A DNA stretch of 63,802 nucleotides, filler included, from Choristocarpus tenellus KU-1152 (lineage: Eukaryota; Protista; Phaeophyceae), in assembly GCA_964200185.2 (NCBI GenBank). It is 8 parts of 8 records of this genome, joined end to end, with 100 filler letters (N's around TTAATTAATTAA, not from the genome) between each part and the next. Parts side by side here need not be neighbours in the genome. Positions count along the whole stretch, not along the records: positions 27,715 to 32,536 come from CAXNAD020012934.1; positions 32,637 to 35,487 come from CAXNAD020024201.1; positions 35,588 to 59,014 come from CAXNAD020000248.1; 5 more parts are not named here. One strand, given 5' to 3'. Below, piece after piece: positions 27,615-41,500 of the stretch. Below the pieces are notes generated by a model. It did not search any database, was not told the origin of the DNA, and saw only the letters and a program-made list of their open reading frames with translations. The position numbers and the translations under genes were made by a program. The first letter of the stretch is position 1; each line of letters opens with the position of its first letter.

Positions 27615-27714
27615 NNNNNNNNNNNNNNNNNNNNNNNNNNNNNNNNNNNNNNNNNNNNTTAATTAATTAANNNNNNNNNNNNNNNNNNNNNNNNNNNNNN
27701 NNNNNNNNNNNNNN
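27615..27714. other. Artificial contig spacer
   Basis: 44 N + TTAATTAATTAA + 44 N. Confidence 0.98.
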
Positions 27715-30700
27715 ACGCGGCTCTACCCTCTAAGATACTTTGGCTCACTGTACCAAAAGAGAAATTGGACAATGAATGCTGCTTTGAATATTGTGTAGCA
27801 TATTGGTAGCATCGTTCTGGGTCATAAGGAAGGATACATAAAAGGGTGACTCTGTATGTTGCATAAGGAATGCCACAATGGTATGATTGTCACCCGTTGT
27901 CAGGGTTACACTTGTTGTGTTCAGCCTTCTTCAATGTGGTTGGAGGCCACTCCCTCAACTTGGTAACTCTCAAGTAAGGATCAACTCTACATTGTACAGA
28001 GTCACTAATAGTAACTATCATTTGAAAATGAACAAGAGGTAGAACTCTTACAGGTTGCCTTGCCTTCAGCTGGCAGCGTTTCATTCAGCAGTTTATGAAA
28101 TTCACTTTCACCTTCTCTCCACACCGATGACCTCGTATCTACCCCATTCTTCACTTTCCAAACAAGCTGCTGAAAAAGCTGATACAAGAAAATTATGCGA
28201 TGCTGACTACCTGAGTTGGGGGCGCTGTATAGCTTGACAGCATATGCCAATGAGCCACATGTGCAGTAGTCGTGTGTTTCGTCTCCTTCCCTGAACATGC
28301 CGTTGCCCACACTCTAGGAGGGTGAGCATATAGTGTACATTGCTCCTGGGGTTCTGAGAAGTGCTATCTACTCAAGCTTCATTGAATAATATGTCTTCAG
28401 TCACTGGAACTAATAATGATCTATAGTTGAGGGGCTATTCTAATCAATTCAAAGATAGAAGGCTTTTAATGCCTTCTGCTGTCAGACCCGCAGACCATTG
28501 CTAAAGCAATGCATGCATGCAAGTGTGAGCTTAGTTAGACATTTGATTCTCACCTTCACTTCACCTCTGGAGAAAATAAAGGAATGAGCAGTAGAAGCAG
28601 GAGTTAACTCAATTACAGTAAAGGGTGCGTCTTGTCCAGTTTTGGCATGTCTACTATAATCTGCCTGCTTGCACTTTCCATTGTAGACATGTAGATGCAA
28701 TTGGGTCATAGATTGGAGCTTGTCCCTCCCCCTTTTCCAATTTACGCTACTTCTAGACAATGAGCATCTCTCACCCTTCCATCAAGTTGATAACCAACGC
28801 AAATAGCCCACCTTCTTCCCACCCACACCTATTGGGTTACTGTACAGATGGCAGAATGTTTCAGTGCAAGGGTGTGAAATTTGTGAAGCACATGCAGTCA
28901 AGGATGAAAGTGGACACGGTCTGCATTCTTGTGAGTACGAGCGTTGATTGGTTGAAAAGTACCCTAGAGAGTGTTGAAACAGAAATAGGTACATATGCGG
29001 ACTACCAATGTCTTTGGTGCAGAGGTGGCAATATAATGTGCTGTGAATGGATAGGCTGTATTCATGTGTGCTGTATATACATGCTCGATGGAAGTGGTAA
29101 CAACACACCAGTACTGAAAATGTCCACATGAACATGGCAGTAAGGAGCAAACACCCTTGTCAGTGAAGTCTAGATGATTAAAGCGTGAGGTGAGTGTGCT
29201 GTACAAAAAATTTGCAAAAGAACTTGCTTAAGATGGAGAGTTGGACAGCATATCATCTCCATGACTTGGATTTCTTGTTATGCTTGCAAGCATACAACAC
29301 TCTTCGTGTGCTTGTACCCCATGCTCATCCACTACATGATTTAGTTATGTGGCACACTATTGTCTTCTTGCAAGCACTCATGCTATGTGACGAGGAGATG
29401 ATACACCCACAGTAACATTCTGAAAGCCATTGGATGGTGACCACTTTCTTCTCACACACACATAGCGCTCCCTTTGTTACTATCTTGGTTTGCACAACTG
29501 TTTGTGTGGATCAACACAGACTCTATACACACATCTGGTCACTCCCTATCTAGGTGGAGAGCAGCGGTCATTCAATAAACTGATTTTACTCAACATGGAT
29601 GAAATGGGTACATGCCTCAGGCCTTGCTATTCTCATGGTGAGCAAGTTGGCCGTTTGGAACCACTTAGGTTTGGAGATATTTATGTTTGCAATGGTATAG
29701 TCTGTGTGGACATTTGTAAAAGAGTGGCTACCGAGGACAAAAATTAAGCCTTACGGAAGGTCTTGCCTTCAGCAGACAGCCTTCTCCAGCAACGGTATAT
29801 GCACTTCGCCTTCCCCCATACTATGTGCACTGACCTTGTATCTTCCCCCATTCGCTACTCATCAAACAAAGTGCTCCAGTGGTGACAAAAGAAGAGCATA
29901 TAATATTTGAAACTACTCCAGAGTACATGAAAAGAGGATGGTGCAAGGCAAGGGGAAATGATCTATGAACCCTACTCACAAATGTCATCACATGTGCAAC
30001 ATGTGCTTCCAGTGGGGTAAGTGCGTTCAGTAGAGTGTTGTGACCTCCCCTCCACCTAAACACACCTGTTCTTGTACTACGTTGAACTTCAGTCTACACT
30101 GGCCTTCTGGGAGTAAAAAAAGGCTAGATAAACTTCAACAAGTATGTCTACAGCGGCCGCAAATACACATCGTGGGCGATTGAGGGGCCTTGGTACTCCA
30201 GAGCATTTTTGACCTGTCATGTCCTGGGAAGCACTGATTTGATGTTTTTAAAGTTATTTGTGCATGTTCTGAAGAGTCGGTTCATACACAAAAATACTTG
30301 AAAATTCAAAATCCATGCACTATGTGACAGGGTCCTCCGAACTAAAATCAATTACACAATACATAATAGCTTTTGGTATCTCGCCTCCTTGCCACTGTGC
30401 TCAGAATATTAAGGGAAGCTTTTCTTGGAAATTTGAACGAAAACTAGAAACAATGGGTTTGAATTGGACAAACAATCATTATAGGCACGGTGTCAGAACA
30501 TCGTGCAATACGTTTCACAAAAACAAGTCCAAACAAGAAATGTTCAAAATTGTTTCTAAGAACAGAAGGAACTATTTTTTGCTGTACTCTAGAGTGTCGC
30601 ATTTTCGTACAGGTAATATTTCGGCAGTTGGCCTTAGGTGAGTCGCAGTTTCATCTGCACTTCTCATGGTACACCTTGTCCAATGCTAGCTCCATTGCCA

Positions 30701-30839
30701 CTTAGTTTCATTCAGCAAGACCTAGACAGGTAGACAATGTTCCTTTGTCTTGGAAGGAAGGTGCCACTCAGGTATTATATTGTGGATATATCATTTAGAG
30801 TCAGCTAGTCATACTGTCCCATCCCCTCCAGCTGTCGAC

Positions 30840-31550
30840 ATCACCTCATCCTTCGCCCAGAACAGATACTTCAACTCTTTGTTCGACTGCGTAACACAAA
30901 CATTGCTGGCGTAACTGAAACCTATCCAGGGATGCTTTGGACAAGGAAAAGTCTCTAAGCCTCATGTTCAAGCTACACCCCGCTGAAAGATTGAGACAAG
31001 CCAAGCCACGGAATCCCAAAAAGGGAAGGAAGAGACCAGAATCGCTACAACTCATGTATTCGTACCACCAGCAAAGCGTCACGATTATGGAGAGATTCCC
31101 ATCCACACCAATCCACCCCACCAACGAGATCCCCACTACATCAACAATGCAAGGCCCACCACATGTTTTTATGCTCCTCAAGCTATCGTGTGATACAGGC
31201 CTACCAAAAAAAATCCCCAATGGAAGGATAATTTTGCCTGAGAAGTATGTTCGGAGCCATCTAGAGGACTGGCAATCCGAAATGAGGATCTCTCGCAGAA
31301 GGCGTGTGGTGTGCAGAGTATCATCACGGGATTGACGCTCTTAGATGTGCACCACCAGAAGGACAAGCAAGGACTCAAGAGTATGTAACTCCATACACCA
31401 CCCAAGCAGCTGGAGATGCTGTTCAGGAGGCTCCTCTTTCAGGAACTGTACGGCTGCATGTAACTTGTCTCACAACTCCATGCCGGATAACCTCCCTTCT
31501 GTTTCCTGATTTACCCTCAATGAGATTGGTTTTACTGCAATAGTACACAG
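30840..31550 (+). pseudogene. Degenerate Ty1/Copia integrase remnant
   Basis: TQEYVTPYTTQAAGDAVQ resembles the integrase motif HExTxPYTPQQNGxAE. Upstream fragments are compatible with the GAG-pre-integrase/rve order. Multiple frameshifts. Confidence 0.4.
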
Positions 31551-32419
31551 TATTAATCACCAAAACCACAGAGTCTCCGCCCTTTCTTGCCCTCCCACCC
31601 AGTACGTGTAGCCCAAACTCCCTCATCAAGTGAGCGTTCTTTGAGTCTACTCAAACTGATCAGAATATTGACTCTCTTCATGTCGAGTCTTTGCTGAATG
31701 CACACAAGACGATTCAAGTTCTTTTTTATTTCCATCAGTACCCCGGTGTCAACTTCTCTTGAGTTAGAAATAGAAGGGAGAAGTACTGCCCAAGGTGGCT
31801 GAAGCCAATAGTATAGATGTCTCACTGGCGATACTCTCAAATTAGGTGTGTACATGCATATATAGTGATCACACGGGTGACGTTCCTCAGTGTGTTGAAT
31901 TATTCATGCGTGGGATGTTGAAGGGTTGGTACTTGTGTGCCAGAAGCCCAGCTGGGGTGGCAAGATTGCAAGCTGTACTATCAAAAACCATACCTTGACC
32001 CAAGGCCTGTATATAGCACTTGTTAGGTAGCGAAGTGTAGAAGGACGAGGTAACACATTCAAGACAATTAGGGTTAGGGTTAGCAGGATGTGGCAACACA
32101 TTCTTAAGACCATTTTGTCACTGCTGGAGGATGGGATAATACCATTTCTTGCCCGTGAGCCCAAACAAAGCAGGTCTAGAACACAGATGACCATTCTCTT
32201 TGAAACATCTTTCATTAAGTTGTTGAAGCACATGAGAATACGGCAAGTCGTGCCTGTGGGTATTTCATGCAGATTACCATGATGGAATACATGGGAGCAC
32301 ATTGCACACCCTACAATGGGAGAGCGGTCTCTGTGTCTGGGGTGTAATGGGAGAGTATCTGGAACTCTCTATGGAGTTTTGTCAGGTCTTCTGCAGCCTC
32401 CCTGGGTACCGAAAGGCTC

Positions 32420-32711
32420 GACTCAAAGTATCGGGGGGGGGGGGGGGGGGGGGGGGGGGGTGGTGTTTGTGGTTGGGGTTTTTTTTTTGGGGTGTGGTGG
32501 GGGGGGTTTGAGTTTGGTCTGGTAGTTGGAATTTTTNNNNNNNNNNNNNNNNNNNNNNNNNNNNNNNNNNNNNNNNNNNNTTAATTAATTAANNNNNNNN
32601 NNNNNNNNNNNNNNNNNNNNNNNNNNNNNNNNNNNNCAAATCACCAAAAAAGTGGAAATCAAAAAAAGGGTGAAAAACGGACGCCAACACCCCCCCCCAG
32701 ATACTTTGACC
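32420..32711 (+). mobile_element. MITE ends on both sides of a spacer
   Basis: GACTCAAAGTATCGGGG at 32420 and CAAATCACC..CCCCAGATACTTTGACC ending at 32711. Confidence 0.6.
32537..32636. other. Artificial contig spacer
   Basis: 44 N + TTAATTAATTAA + 44 N. Confidence 0.98.
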
Positions 32712-33712
32712 AAATGAAAAGGGATAAACAAGAGGAATAATGTTGTTGGTTAAGTGTATCGCAAGATAAGGTTGTTGTGGGTTGCTTTAAACTTCATTGA
32801 ATTAATTGTTCTTAATACAGCATTAACGACAAAGACAAAAAAAAGAAGTCATCTTCTACTATAAATACAACAAAAGCGGCAAACCTCTGCGCGAAGAAAA
32901 ACACGCCACTATAATCGCTCACACTTGGACAGCATTGTCATAGTTAGGATAAGAAGGCCTTTTCAATATCACTACTAAAGTGGAACACCACCAACAACAC
33001 CACTTGAACACTCACAAATAAACCCAATAAACCTTTTCTTGGGAAGAGAGGCTTATTTCACATATTTCTTCACACAAATCGCAAAACCTTTTTTATACAG
33101 GCGACAGCAGCCACGTCCCCTTATCACCTCAAAAATATTACCTGCCCCATCCCCTTTGATTCACCAAAAAAAGGAGAAACAGAATCTTTGTCAATACAGG
33201 AGCAAAACTTCAAACTCTTTGAAAACAAAGGATGCTGTGTGGGATGCCTTGTCTCGATTGCTTCCTCTGCGCAGCATCCCTTCAAATAGGTACAGGGTGG
33301 ACATGTACTGCAATAGGAAGGAGATTCTTGCAACCTCAGAAGGGGGCGGTGTAGAATAGGTAGGGTTAGACTATGTCGGATTTCGCTGAGATTATAGTAT
33401 AACCTCAACATGGGTCTTTGCAAGACCCCTACAAAAAATAAATATCTGATGTCATCTTGTGCATTCATAGCCTGCCCCGCCAACTGATAATCGAACTTTT
33501 GCATTCATAGGAAACACATCCGTTCTAAGATCTAAATGCGTCCAGATCCATACCTCTCACATGTTCTGGACAATATCACACACACATATCATAGAAATAA
33601 ATAGGTGGAATCTAAAATGATCGCAACAAGGGGTATGATACAGTAGATTATCGTCTACTCTTCCCACTTCCTCCCTTTCCATAACACAAAATGCCTCTCC
33701 ACCCATCGTACC

Positions 33713-33997
33713 CTACTCTGAGTCTGGAGGAGGATGCAGACAAGTGCTAGCAACAGGGACAGTGCCGGGATTTCCCCCTCCCTCAGCAATCTTGATGTTT
33801 ACCCTATCAGTGCCAATGGAATCAGCTATTGATGAACTTGGACTTGTCCCCTTTCCATTGTCATGATGGACATGTGGGGAGGCTGGGGGCAGAGGGATCT
33901 CTCCAGCCTTCCGCATAAGACGCATAAACTCCTCTTGATCAATATTGCCTGTGCCCTTGAAGTCTGCCTCCGCAATCAGCTTGGTCAAGTTGTACCT
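33713..33997 (-). CDS. Terminal exon of an EF-hand calcium-binding protein
   Basis: After a TACAG acceptor the frame reads RYNLTKLIAEADFKGTGNIDQEEFMRLMRKAG (helix - DxxGxGxIDxxEF loop - helix), then a low-complexity tail and stop. Upstream exons not identified. Confidence 0.72.
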   Translation of the reverse strand, partial: RYNLTKLIAEADFKGTGNIDQEEFMRLMRKAGEIPLPPASPHVHHDNGKGTSPSSSIADSIGTDRVNIKIAEGGGNPGTVPVASTCLHPPPDSE

Positions 33998-35487
33998 CTG
34001 TAATTCACAGGGGAGGGCGAGGTCAAGTACAAAAAAGGTCAGGAGTGCCTAAGGTCATCCTTGGAAACAGTGATCCAAACACTGGCCTTCGGGGGGCAGG
34101 CTGCCAACTAAATCCAGAATATTTCAGCCCATTGCCTACAAGAAATCATAGGTCAGTGAACCGGTTAAATGCTGTGACACTTGGAGCAAATGATTGTGAT
34201 CTGAGCAATTTGACACAGATCATAAACAGTGTATTTCGTACTCTCATACATTTAAGTTGACATTTAAAACCCTCCTATCAAGTGCGTAGTAGGTATCACT
34301 TGATTTTGAAGAGTGTCAATCAAGAAGACGTTTGGGTGTGTGAGCTGGTCTGGTGATAGATTGGGTTTCTGGTGGAAAAAGAACCAGGTGATACCAAGCA
34401 CATCTTCATTGCGGAGCCAAACAAAAGGACTGTTCCCCAACTGTTCCTCACCAACGAAATCCAACATCTACATGTGAACTACACTTGCGTGCCTGAACTA
34501 TACAGTTGAATATTTGAGCCCTTTATCTTCAATCGAGACGAGACTTTCGTGTTAACTGCCCTAAATGTGATAACAGTACTCCATATCAAAAATACACATG
34601 AGACCATCTTGACAAACTCACTATAAGCAGGATAACAACAGGCTCACATGGGCTAGGAACTAACCCTACGTAATAATGGGATCGCATCATTCCACACCTG
34701 CATTCATTAAAACTAAAGATGAGGATTTAGACTGCTCCTGTCAGATGTGGATAGGGTCAAAATGGTGCACTCCAAACGATGATATGTTTTTCTGAGTGGT
34801 CTTTGAAGCCACTCCATATAAACATACTTTCAATTAGGCTGTTCTTGCAGAGGGAATGGGTAGGTTAGTAGGGGGCATAAGCTAGCTGGACCCTATTAAT
34901 AAACTTCAGAGGGTTAGGCTTGAGACGTTTGTGACAGACTGGACAGGGCAAGAGGACAGAGAGATGCAGTCAACATTGTCGCCACAGTATGAGTCATGCG
35001 TCAAAAAGTCAACTCAAGGTTAACCATGGCAGTGAGCTGTGGACTTGTCTATACAAATATCAAACATGGCCAAGAGCAATTTGATTTCGAGAGATGAGCA
35101 TTTCCTCCTATTGCAGTGTCTAGCTGTCTTGGAGTGCTAAAAAAGGTGTTACTACCACAAACTCTTGACACCAAAGTCTGGACACATTTGACAACCCTTT
35201 TCACAGTCCAAGAAAAACCAGCTTAGACAACATAAAAAAAAACTTCAGAATCATACCATAACCCAACAACGAAAACAACATCAAGCACGCAATCACCAGT
35301 TCCCCTTCATCCCACTAACTCAAATCAAACAACTCCCCCCCCCACAACTAAACCACTTCTCAACACTTTCTCTCCAAATCATCAATCACCCCCTCTCCTG
35401 ACCAAAAAAAGAGCCCCCCCCCCAACCCCCAAGCAACATACCTTGCCCTCATTGCCCAAGAACTCCCCTATGTTCGCTCTCCATATC

Positions 35488-35587
35488 NNNNNNNNNNNNN
35501 NNNNNNNNNNNNNNNNNNNNNNNNNNNNNNNTTAATTAATTAANNNNNNNNNNNNNNNNNNNNNNNNNNNNNNNNNNNNNNNNNNNN
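35488..35587. other. Artificial contig spacer
   Basis: 44 N + TTAATTAATTAA + 44 N. Confidence 0.98.
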
Positions 35588-38500
35588 CACCCACAGAGCA
35601 GGCCCTTGGTGGGGTATGCTGTATGGGAGGAGGAAAGAGTCTGAACCAGGCAAGAAAAACAAAGAAAGTATCGCAGAAACGTTAAGGAGGAGGGGAGGGG
35701 GAGGGGGAGTTGGTCATTGAGGCAAGTTAGTACATTAATCAATCATCTCAACTCAAAAAATCACAGAAAAAAAAATGTACCTACTAATATATATAAAGTA
35801 CATATTGATGGACTATCATGCTCAAGATATATCATGGCACAATCACTACTTTTTTCAATACATATATATACAATACATTACAATACATACAAATAGGCAT
35901 ACATCAGCTCAGCATCCACAAGCCTTCAGGAGCCAATGCCACAGGTACACGCATGGTCTCTTTTGTTATCTACAATATATTAAGGTGTTGTACTATGTTC
36001 TAAATGTCTTTTGTGTCTTTATCTGACTTCCTTTGGACACAGGTTTGGGACCCCTCAGAATAATAATAGTAATGTTACTACTACTACTAATAATAATAAT
36101 AATAATACTCTTCCCAGAACCTTTTGTCCTGGGAGGCTTCTTCTACCCTTCCTTCTGGAAGTCCACCTCAAGTACGGCCCCCCACAGGAAAACAAGTAGC
36201 TCAATATATCAGGGGTTCGATTTGTTGACAAAGTATCATCTCAGTAGTGTAGAACAATTATCTCAATAGTGCAGAACAGTTACCAAGTCAGTGTCTGCAG
36301 CAGAAACTGACAAAAACCTCTCAGGCTACCTACAAATATTATCCATTGCGTCTAAGGTATCCCCTCCTTAAACACTGGAAGCCCTAACCCTATCTGTGCT
36401 GTAACATTGTGGTGCACCTGTACTTTGGTGGGTATTATCTATGCTGCACCCTAAATAGCTTGTTCTGGGGGGCGGCCCAAGCAGCTTGATCAACAGAATG
36501 ATGGTTATGGACAAGTACGCTGGGAGTATATCCACTAACATCTGCCTCATACCCTTCAATCACTGTAGACCTGTCCTCCTCTAACATCTCAACCCTTGGC
36601 ACCAAATTACAAATACTCTAGTACTTGGAGCAGTCATCCCACCCCACCCTAACCTTGCCCTCATGCTGTATCAATGCAACTTGACATGGTCAACCACTGT
36701 TGGCCTATCCTCCTACTGCCACTAAGCAACTCACTTTGTGACACACTTTGTGACACACTTTGTGACACACTAAAAAAGACCGCGAAAGACTGTGACTGAT
36801 TCTTTTTTAAAGTAGACACTACTTCAAGTAGACACTACAGCTTGAGAGATAGCTTAGGCATCATCTTGAGTCAACAACAGGACATCTCACCGCAACTATC
36901 ATTACTTTGGACAGCTCACATTACTTGTAGCTTGATCATGTCATAGGTCTCAAGGCCGCCTTCAATACACACACACACACACACACACACGTATGTATGT
37001 ACATACTACAGAAGGGAAAGATCCTGCACCAGGCTATCAGACATATCACACATATCATGGTACGGACAGACTGCTATTGGAAGCGCACAGTGTTGGAGGG
37101 GAGGTGGTACTAGGTACTAGGTACAAGGTACAAGGTACAAGGTACAAGGTACAAGGTACAAGGTACAAGGTACAAGGTACAAGGTACTAGGTACTAGGTA
37201 CTAGGTACTAGGTACTAGGGGGGCGGGATTGTGAGTGCTTTTGAAACTCCTTGGAGACTATTGAAACTGCTCCTGTGTACCTATCATGCTGGTTTGGCTC
37301 GATTGCATGATCCACCTACCATGCAACTGTCACTCCGTATCATCATCTAAGGACTTGCGTAACCCTAACCCTAAGTAACACAATGAGGGGGACACAGAAA
37401 TCGGTTTGTTTCAAACCACGCCTTGAGCCAATCCGTAGCTCTTTTTATATATTCTTGAGAAACCCTTGCAGAAAGGACAAAGAGCCTTGCAGAAACTCAG
37501 GGTTAGGGTTAGGTTCTGTTTGAATCAGTTGTGGCATCATGAAGGTTAGGGTTAGGGTTTAGTAACAACAAGAGTAACGCTTACTACATCGTGTTAGCTA
37601 CACTTTGGAAATGGAAGAGATCAAATGTCAACCACTTTCAAGAACGCCTTACAGGTTTAAGGTACCTTGCCCCAATCAGCATGGCCAACCCTTCCTAGGC
37701 GACATTGGAGGGTATTATTAGGCCAGGCGAAATGTATTGCCCAGTCCGAGGGGGGATCAGTGTTGGCAGGGGGAGGGGGGGGGGTATAGATTGAGTACAA
37801 GAGGGCTTACAATATTACCCTCCCAGTTGGGACAGGGGTACAGTTAGCATTAACCCTTTCACCTCTGAGTTATGCTGCACTTTCTTCTGGGTTTAGTTTG
37901 AAGTTAGAGATCATGATAGCAATGACTTAGGAAGGCGTGTTGCCCTCTACAAAACTAAACGCTCGTGCCTTGGCTGCTCATAACGCCCCTTTACAAACCT
38001 AAAAAGCGACAATTGAGGTAGTGCAAATACTTGACACTTTAATAACTTAAGGGGAAGAGGCATGCATCACTTCCAACACCTCTTGGCCAAATGTGCACCC
38101 CAAAATGACTTGGGAGTGAAAAGGAGAGCACGGTGCTCATACCTATCCATGAATGTCGTGACATGACTGGTCAACAAGGTCGCATGGTCTCAGTAGTCAA
38201 ACCCTAACCCTAACCCATAATAACACAACTGAAGATGTTAGGGTTAGGGCTTCATCAACAGAGAGGTGTAATAATAATAAATTTGTTGTCGAAGATGCAT
38301 TAGGTTGATTGCACTCAAGTGTACTGTTCGTCTGCACTTCCATTAAAAAAAAATAGGACTTTCTCAACCCTAACCCTAACCTCTAAATCTTCCCTATAGG
38401 TGAAGTTGATACAAGCACAAGAGTACCTTCTCCTTCACAGTCAGACCACTTGTAGCCAATACAGCAATGGAGACATCGGGGTTGACTTTTCACTTCAGGG

Positions 38501-41500
38501 TTAGGGTTAGGGTTGATGGATACAACATACATTAAGGTGGTCAAAGTAACTTCTCACCAAAACGTTTTTAAAAAAAACGTAACTCTTGAAGAAAGAAAAA
38601 GATCTTCAGGAGTGGTAAGAAATATCAGACAGGCCACGCCTATGCCCCTTGAAAACATGATCATCAAACTCAAAGATTAAATTCTTCCCTTAAAAATCAG
38701 GTAGTACATAACAATACTCAAGTGATACATAACTATAATCAAGTACTACATAATGATAATCAAGTGATGCATAACCACGATCAAGTACTACGTACTGATA
38801 ATTAAGTAATACATAGCGATAGCACCATATATACAGGACCTTCCAAGAGACCATCCTGTCCTTCAGTAACCCTGTTTCCAAAGTCTCTCATCACAGCATC
38901 CATTAGTCACATTTCCTCTACAACTTTGTGCTCTTGGAGGGTGGATATGATCTGTGATATCCTTGTAATCTTCTTGTAAACGACACCAAACTGGTGAGAC
39001 ATTACACTATAAAACCTCCTTCATCGCCTGAATCATTTCCCTCTACTTTGCCAGCCCTGTACAGACCCCCTTGGACAACCACCTCAATAGGCCTCTTCTC
39101 CAAACCCTAACCCTAACCCCAGGCTGAACAGATTGCACCACTTGCCTGCCGATTGAGCACCTCCTTTGAAGCCTCTTTGTTCTAGATTTAGGGCTAGCAG
39201 TAGTCCACGAGTTCAGCAAATTTGGGTGAACCTTAAAAGGTTAGGGTTTAACCCTAACCCTAAGAAGGAAACTGTATTTTTTTACTGCAAACCTAAGTAC
39301 ATATGGCAGACTGGTTGGGTTTGGGCCGATGGCCTACGGAAATACTCTAAAAGCTTGAGAGTCAAAGGTAAGGAGTGTTCCCATGTCACGGACAAAGAAA
39401 ATACAAAAAAAAGTGCACCCCTTGACACCAAGCAGGTACAAGGACTAAGTTGAGGTGCCAATCACCTTCCTTCGATGTTCCATGTCCGTCACCCTAACCC
39501 TAACCCTAACCCTAGAATATAGTCCAAAATGAAACAAGTTTTTACTTTTGGCCCTTCTCAAGCACCTAAGTTCCTACAAGATCAAACATGGATGTGAATG
39601 AAACTGGATGGCGTCAGCATCATGTACCTATGAAAGATGATGTGAATGGACACCATTGGGGTTTCTTTCCGGAACAAAGTATTTTGCTCCTCTGTGGGAA
39701 GATTCAAATGCTCTTGAGCAATAGAAGTGACATACTTGGTGAGATTGTTTCACACGTTGCAGACGCGTGCGAGGGAGTTTACAACTCATTAATACAACTC
39801 ATTAATGCAACTCATTAAAGCAACTCATTAATACAACTCATTAATGCAACTCATTAATACAACTCATTAATACAACTCATTAATGCAACTCATTAATGCA
39901 AGACCCTACCACACGCTCTGCAATACACCACTGGTCACTCTCCAAATCACTTAAGTGCCTCTTTTTCTTCTTTTTTGACAGTTTCATCAGTTTCACTCCT
40001 TTGTTGGTGAGAAGCAGCTGCAACCACCCTAGTGAAGAAATTGAATATTGGTCGCCTCCATCACGTAAGCACACAAAATTCTCCTTAGAAATTGAAGTCC
40101 AAGTAAGTAATTTGTTCATTTTTTATTGTCGGATACTGGGTGAAATAACTGTTAAAATAACTGGTAAGATAACTGTTAAAATAACTGTTAAAATAACTGT
40201 TAAAATAACTGGTAAGATAACTGTTAATATAACTGTTAATATAACTGTTAAATAACTGGTAATATAACTGGAAAAACAACTGGTAAAACAACTGGTAAGA
40301 TAACTGGTAAGATAACTGGTAAGAAAATGTGACCGAAAAATCGTTTCCCTTGTGTACACGATCATCCCAACATAGTGCGCTTCAACCGTTGACCGTCTCA
40401 ATAGTTTTCATTCATGAGGGTGTGTCATCCTGCCACCTTAACATTTTCCCACAGCAGCAAGCAATAAAACTGTTCAATGTTGCTATCCCTAACCCTAGGT
40501 CAAGGACCACCCCAGCTTTGAAAGAAAAGTATTCACACACAAGGTACAGTACTAACCCTAACCCTATCCCTATCCCTATCCCTAACCCTAACCCTAACCC
40601 AAGAACTGAATGCCTGCCAGCAAGTGCTAATGTCCCAAGTAATGGAAGAAAGGAACAGTACAGTCATCATAGCATCAACAATGTAGATCATAACACTAAC
40701 CCTAACTGTAACCTGAACACCTCGACCACTTCCACCATTAACAGCGATATCAAGTGCTTCAATAAATCAACTTAGAGATTGGGGTACACTCAACAGTGGC
40801 AGGAACAGGGGCGGGTAAGCCTTGTGCAACTGAGCAGGAGCATTCTAGACCTTACCCTAACCCTAAGCACATATTCACATATTCTTGGGTCATCTTATCC
40901 TGCCATAACCCTATGATGACCCCCCTGCTTTCTAATCCCACATACCCTGACCTTTACCCTAATCTCCTCTTCCCATACTCCTGGAATTACACCAAATACC
41001 TCTACAGGCACCATGAACAAGTAGCCCTATAGCATTGTACTTACAAAGGAAAAGGGTGTCTCCACACTATCATCCTAGGTAAACCCTAACCCCAACACTG
41101 GCTCGCCTTTTCCATTTGAATTCAATCAAAAACCAAGAGAGTACCACACTCCACCTATCTCTTTGAAATGCCACACATAATCAACTCACCAAACACAATC
41201 AACTCACCACACATAATCAACTCACCAAACACAATCAACTCACCACACATAATCAACTCACCAAACACAATCAACTCACCAAACACAATCAACTCACCAC
41301 ACACAATCAACTCACCAAACACAATCAACTCACCAAACACAATCAACTCACCAAACACAATCAACTCACCAAACACAATCAACTCACCAAACACAATCAA
41401 CTCACCAAACACAATCAACTCACCAAACACAATCAACTCACCACACATAATCAACTCACCACACATAATCACAGCAGCAATGAACTTGTTCCAATACACA

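Noticed and set aside
32432-32536. G/T-rich and C/A-rich low-complexity contig ends (also about 35230-35487 and 63730-63802)
   Set aside because: Typical low-quality sequence next to poly-G runs.
33713-35487. EF-hand exon as a continuation of the TPC gene
   Set aside because: No repeat-II channel exons (S2-S6, pore II) are visible in this contig, and a spacer intervenes.
39908-40028. Candidate extra TPC exon (GWLQLLLTNKG..KKKKKR)
   Set aside because: It has AG/GT borders, but it does not fit the channel topology and would break the phase with the 35640 exon.
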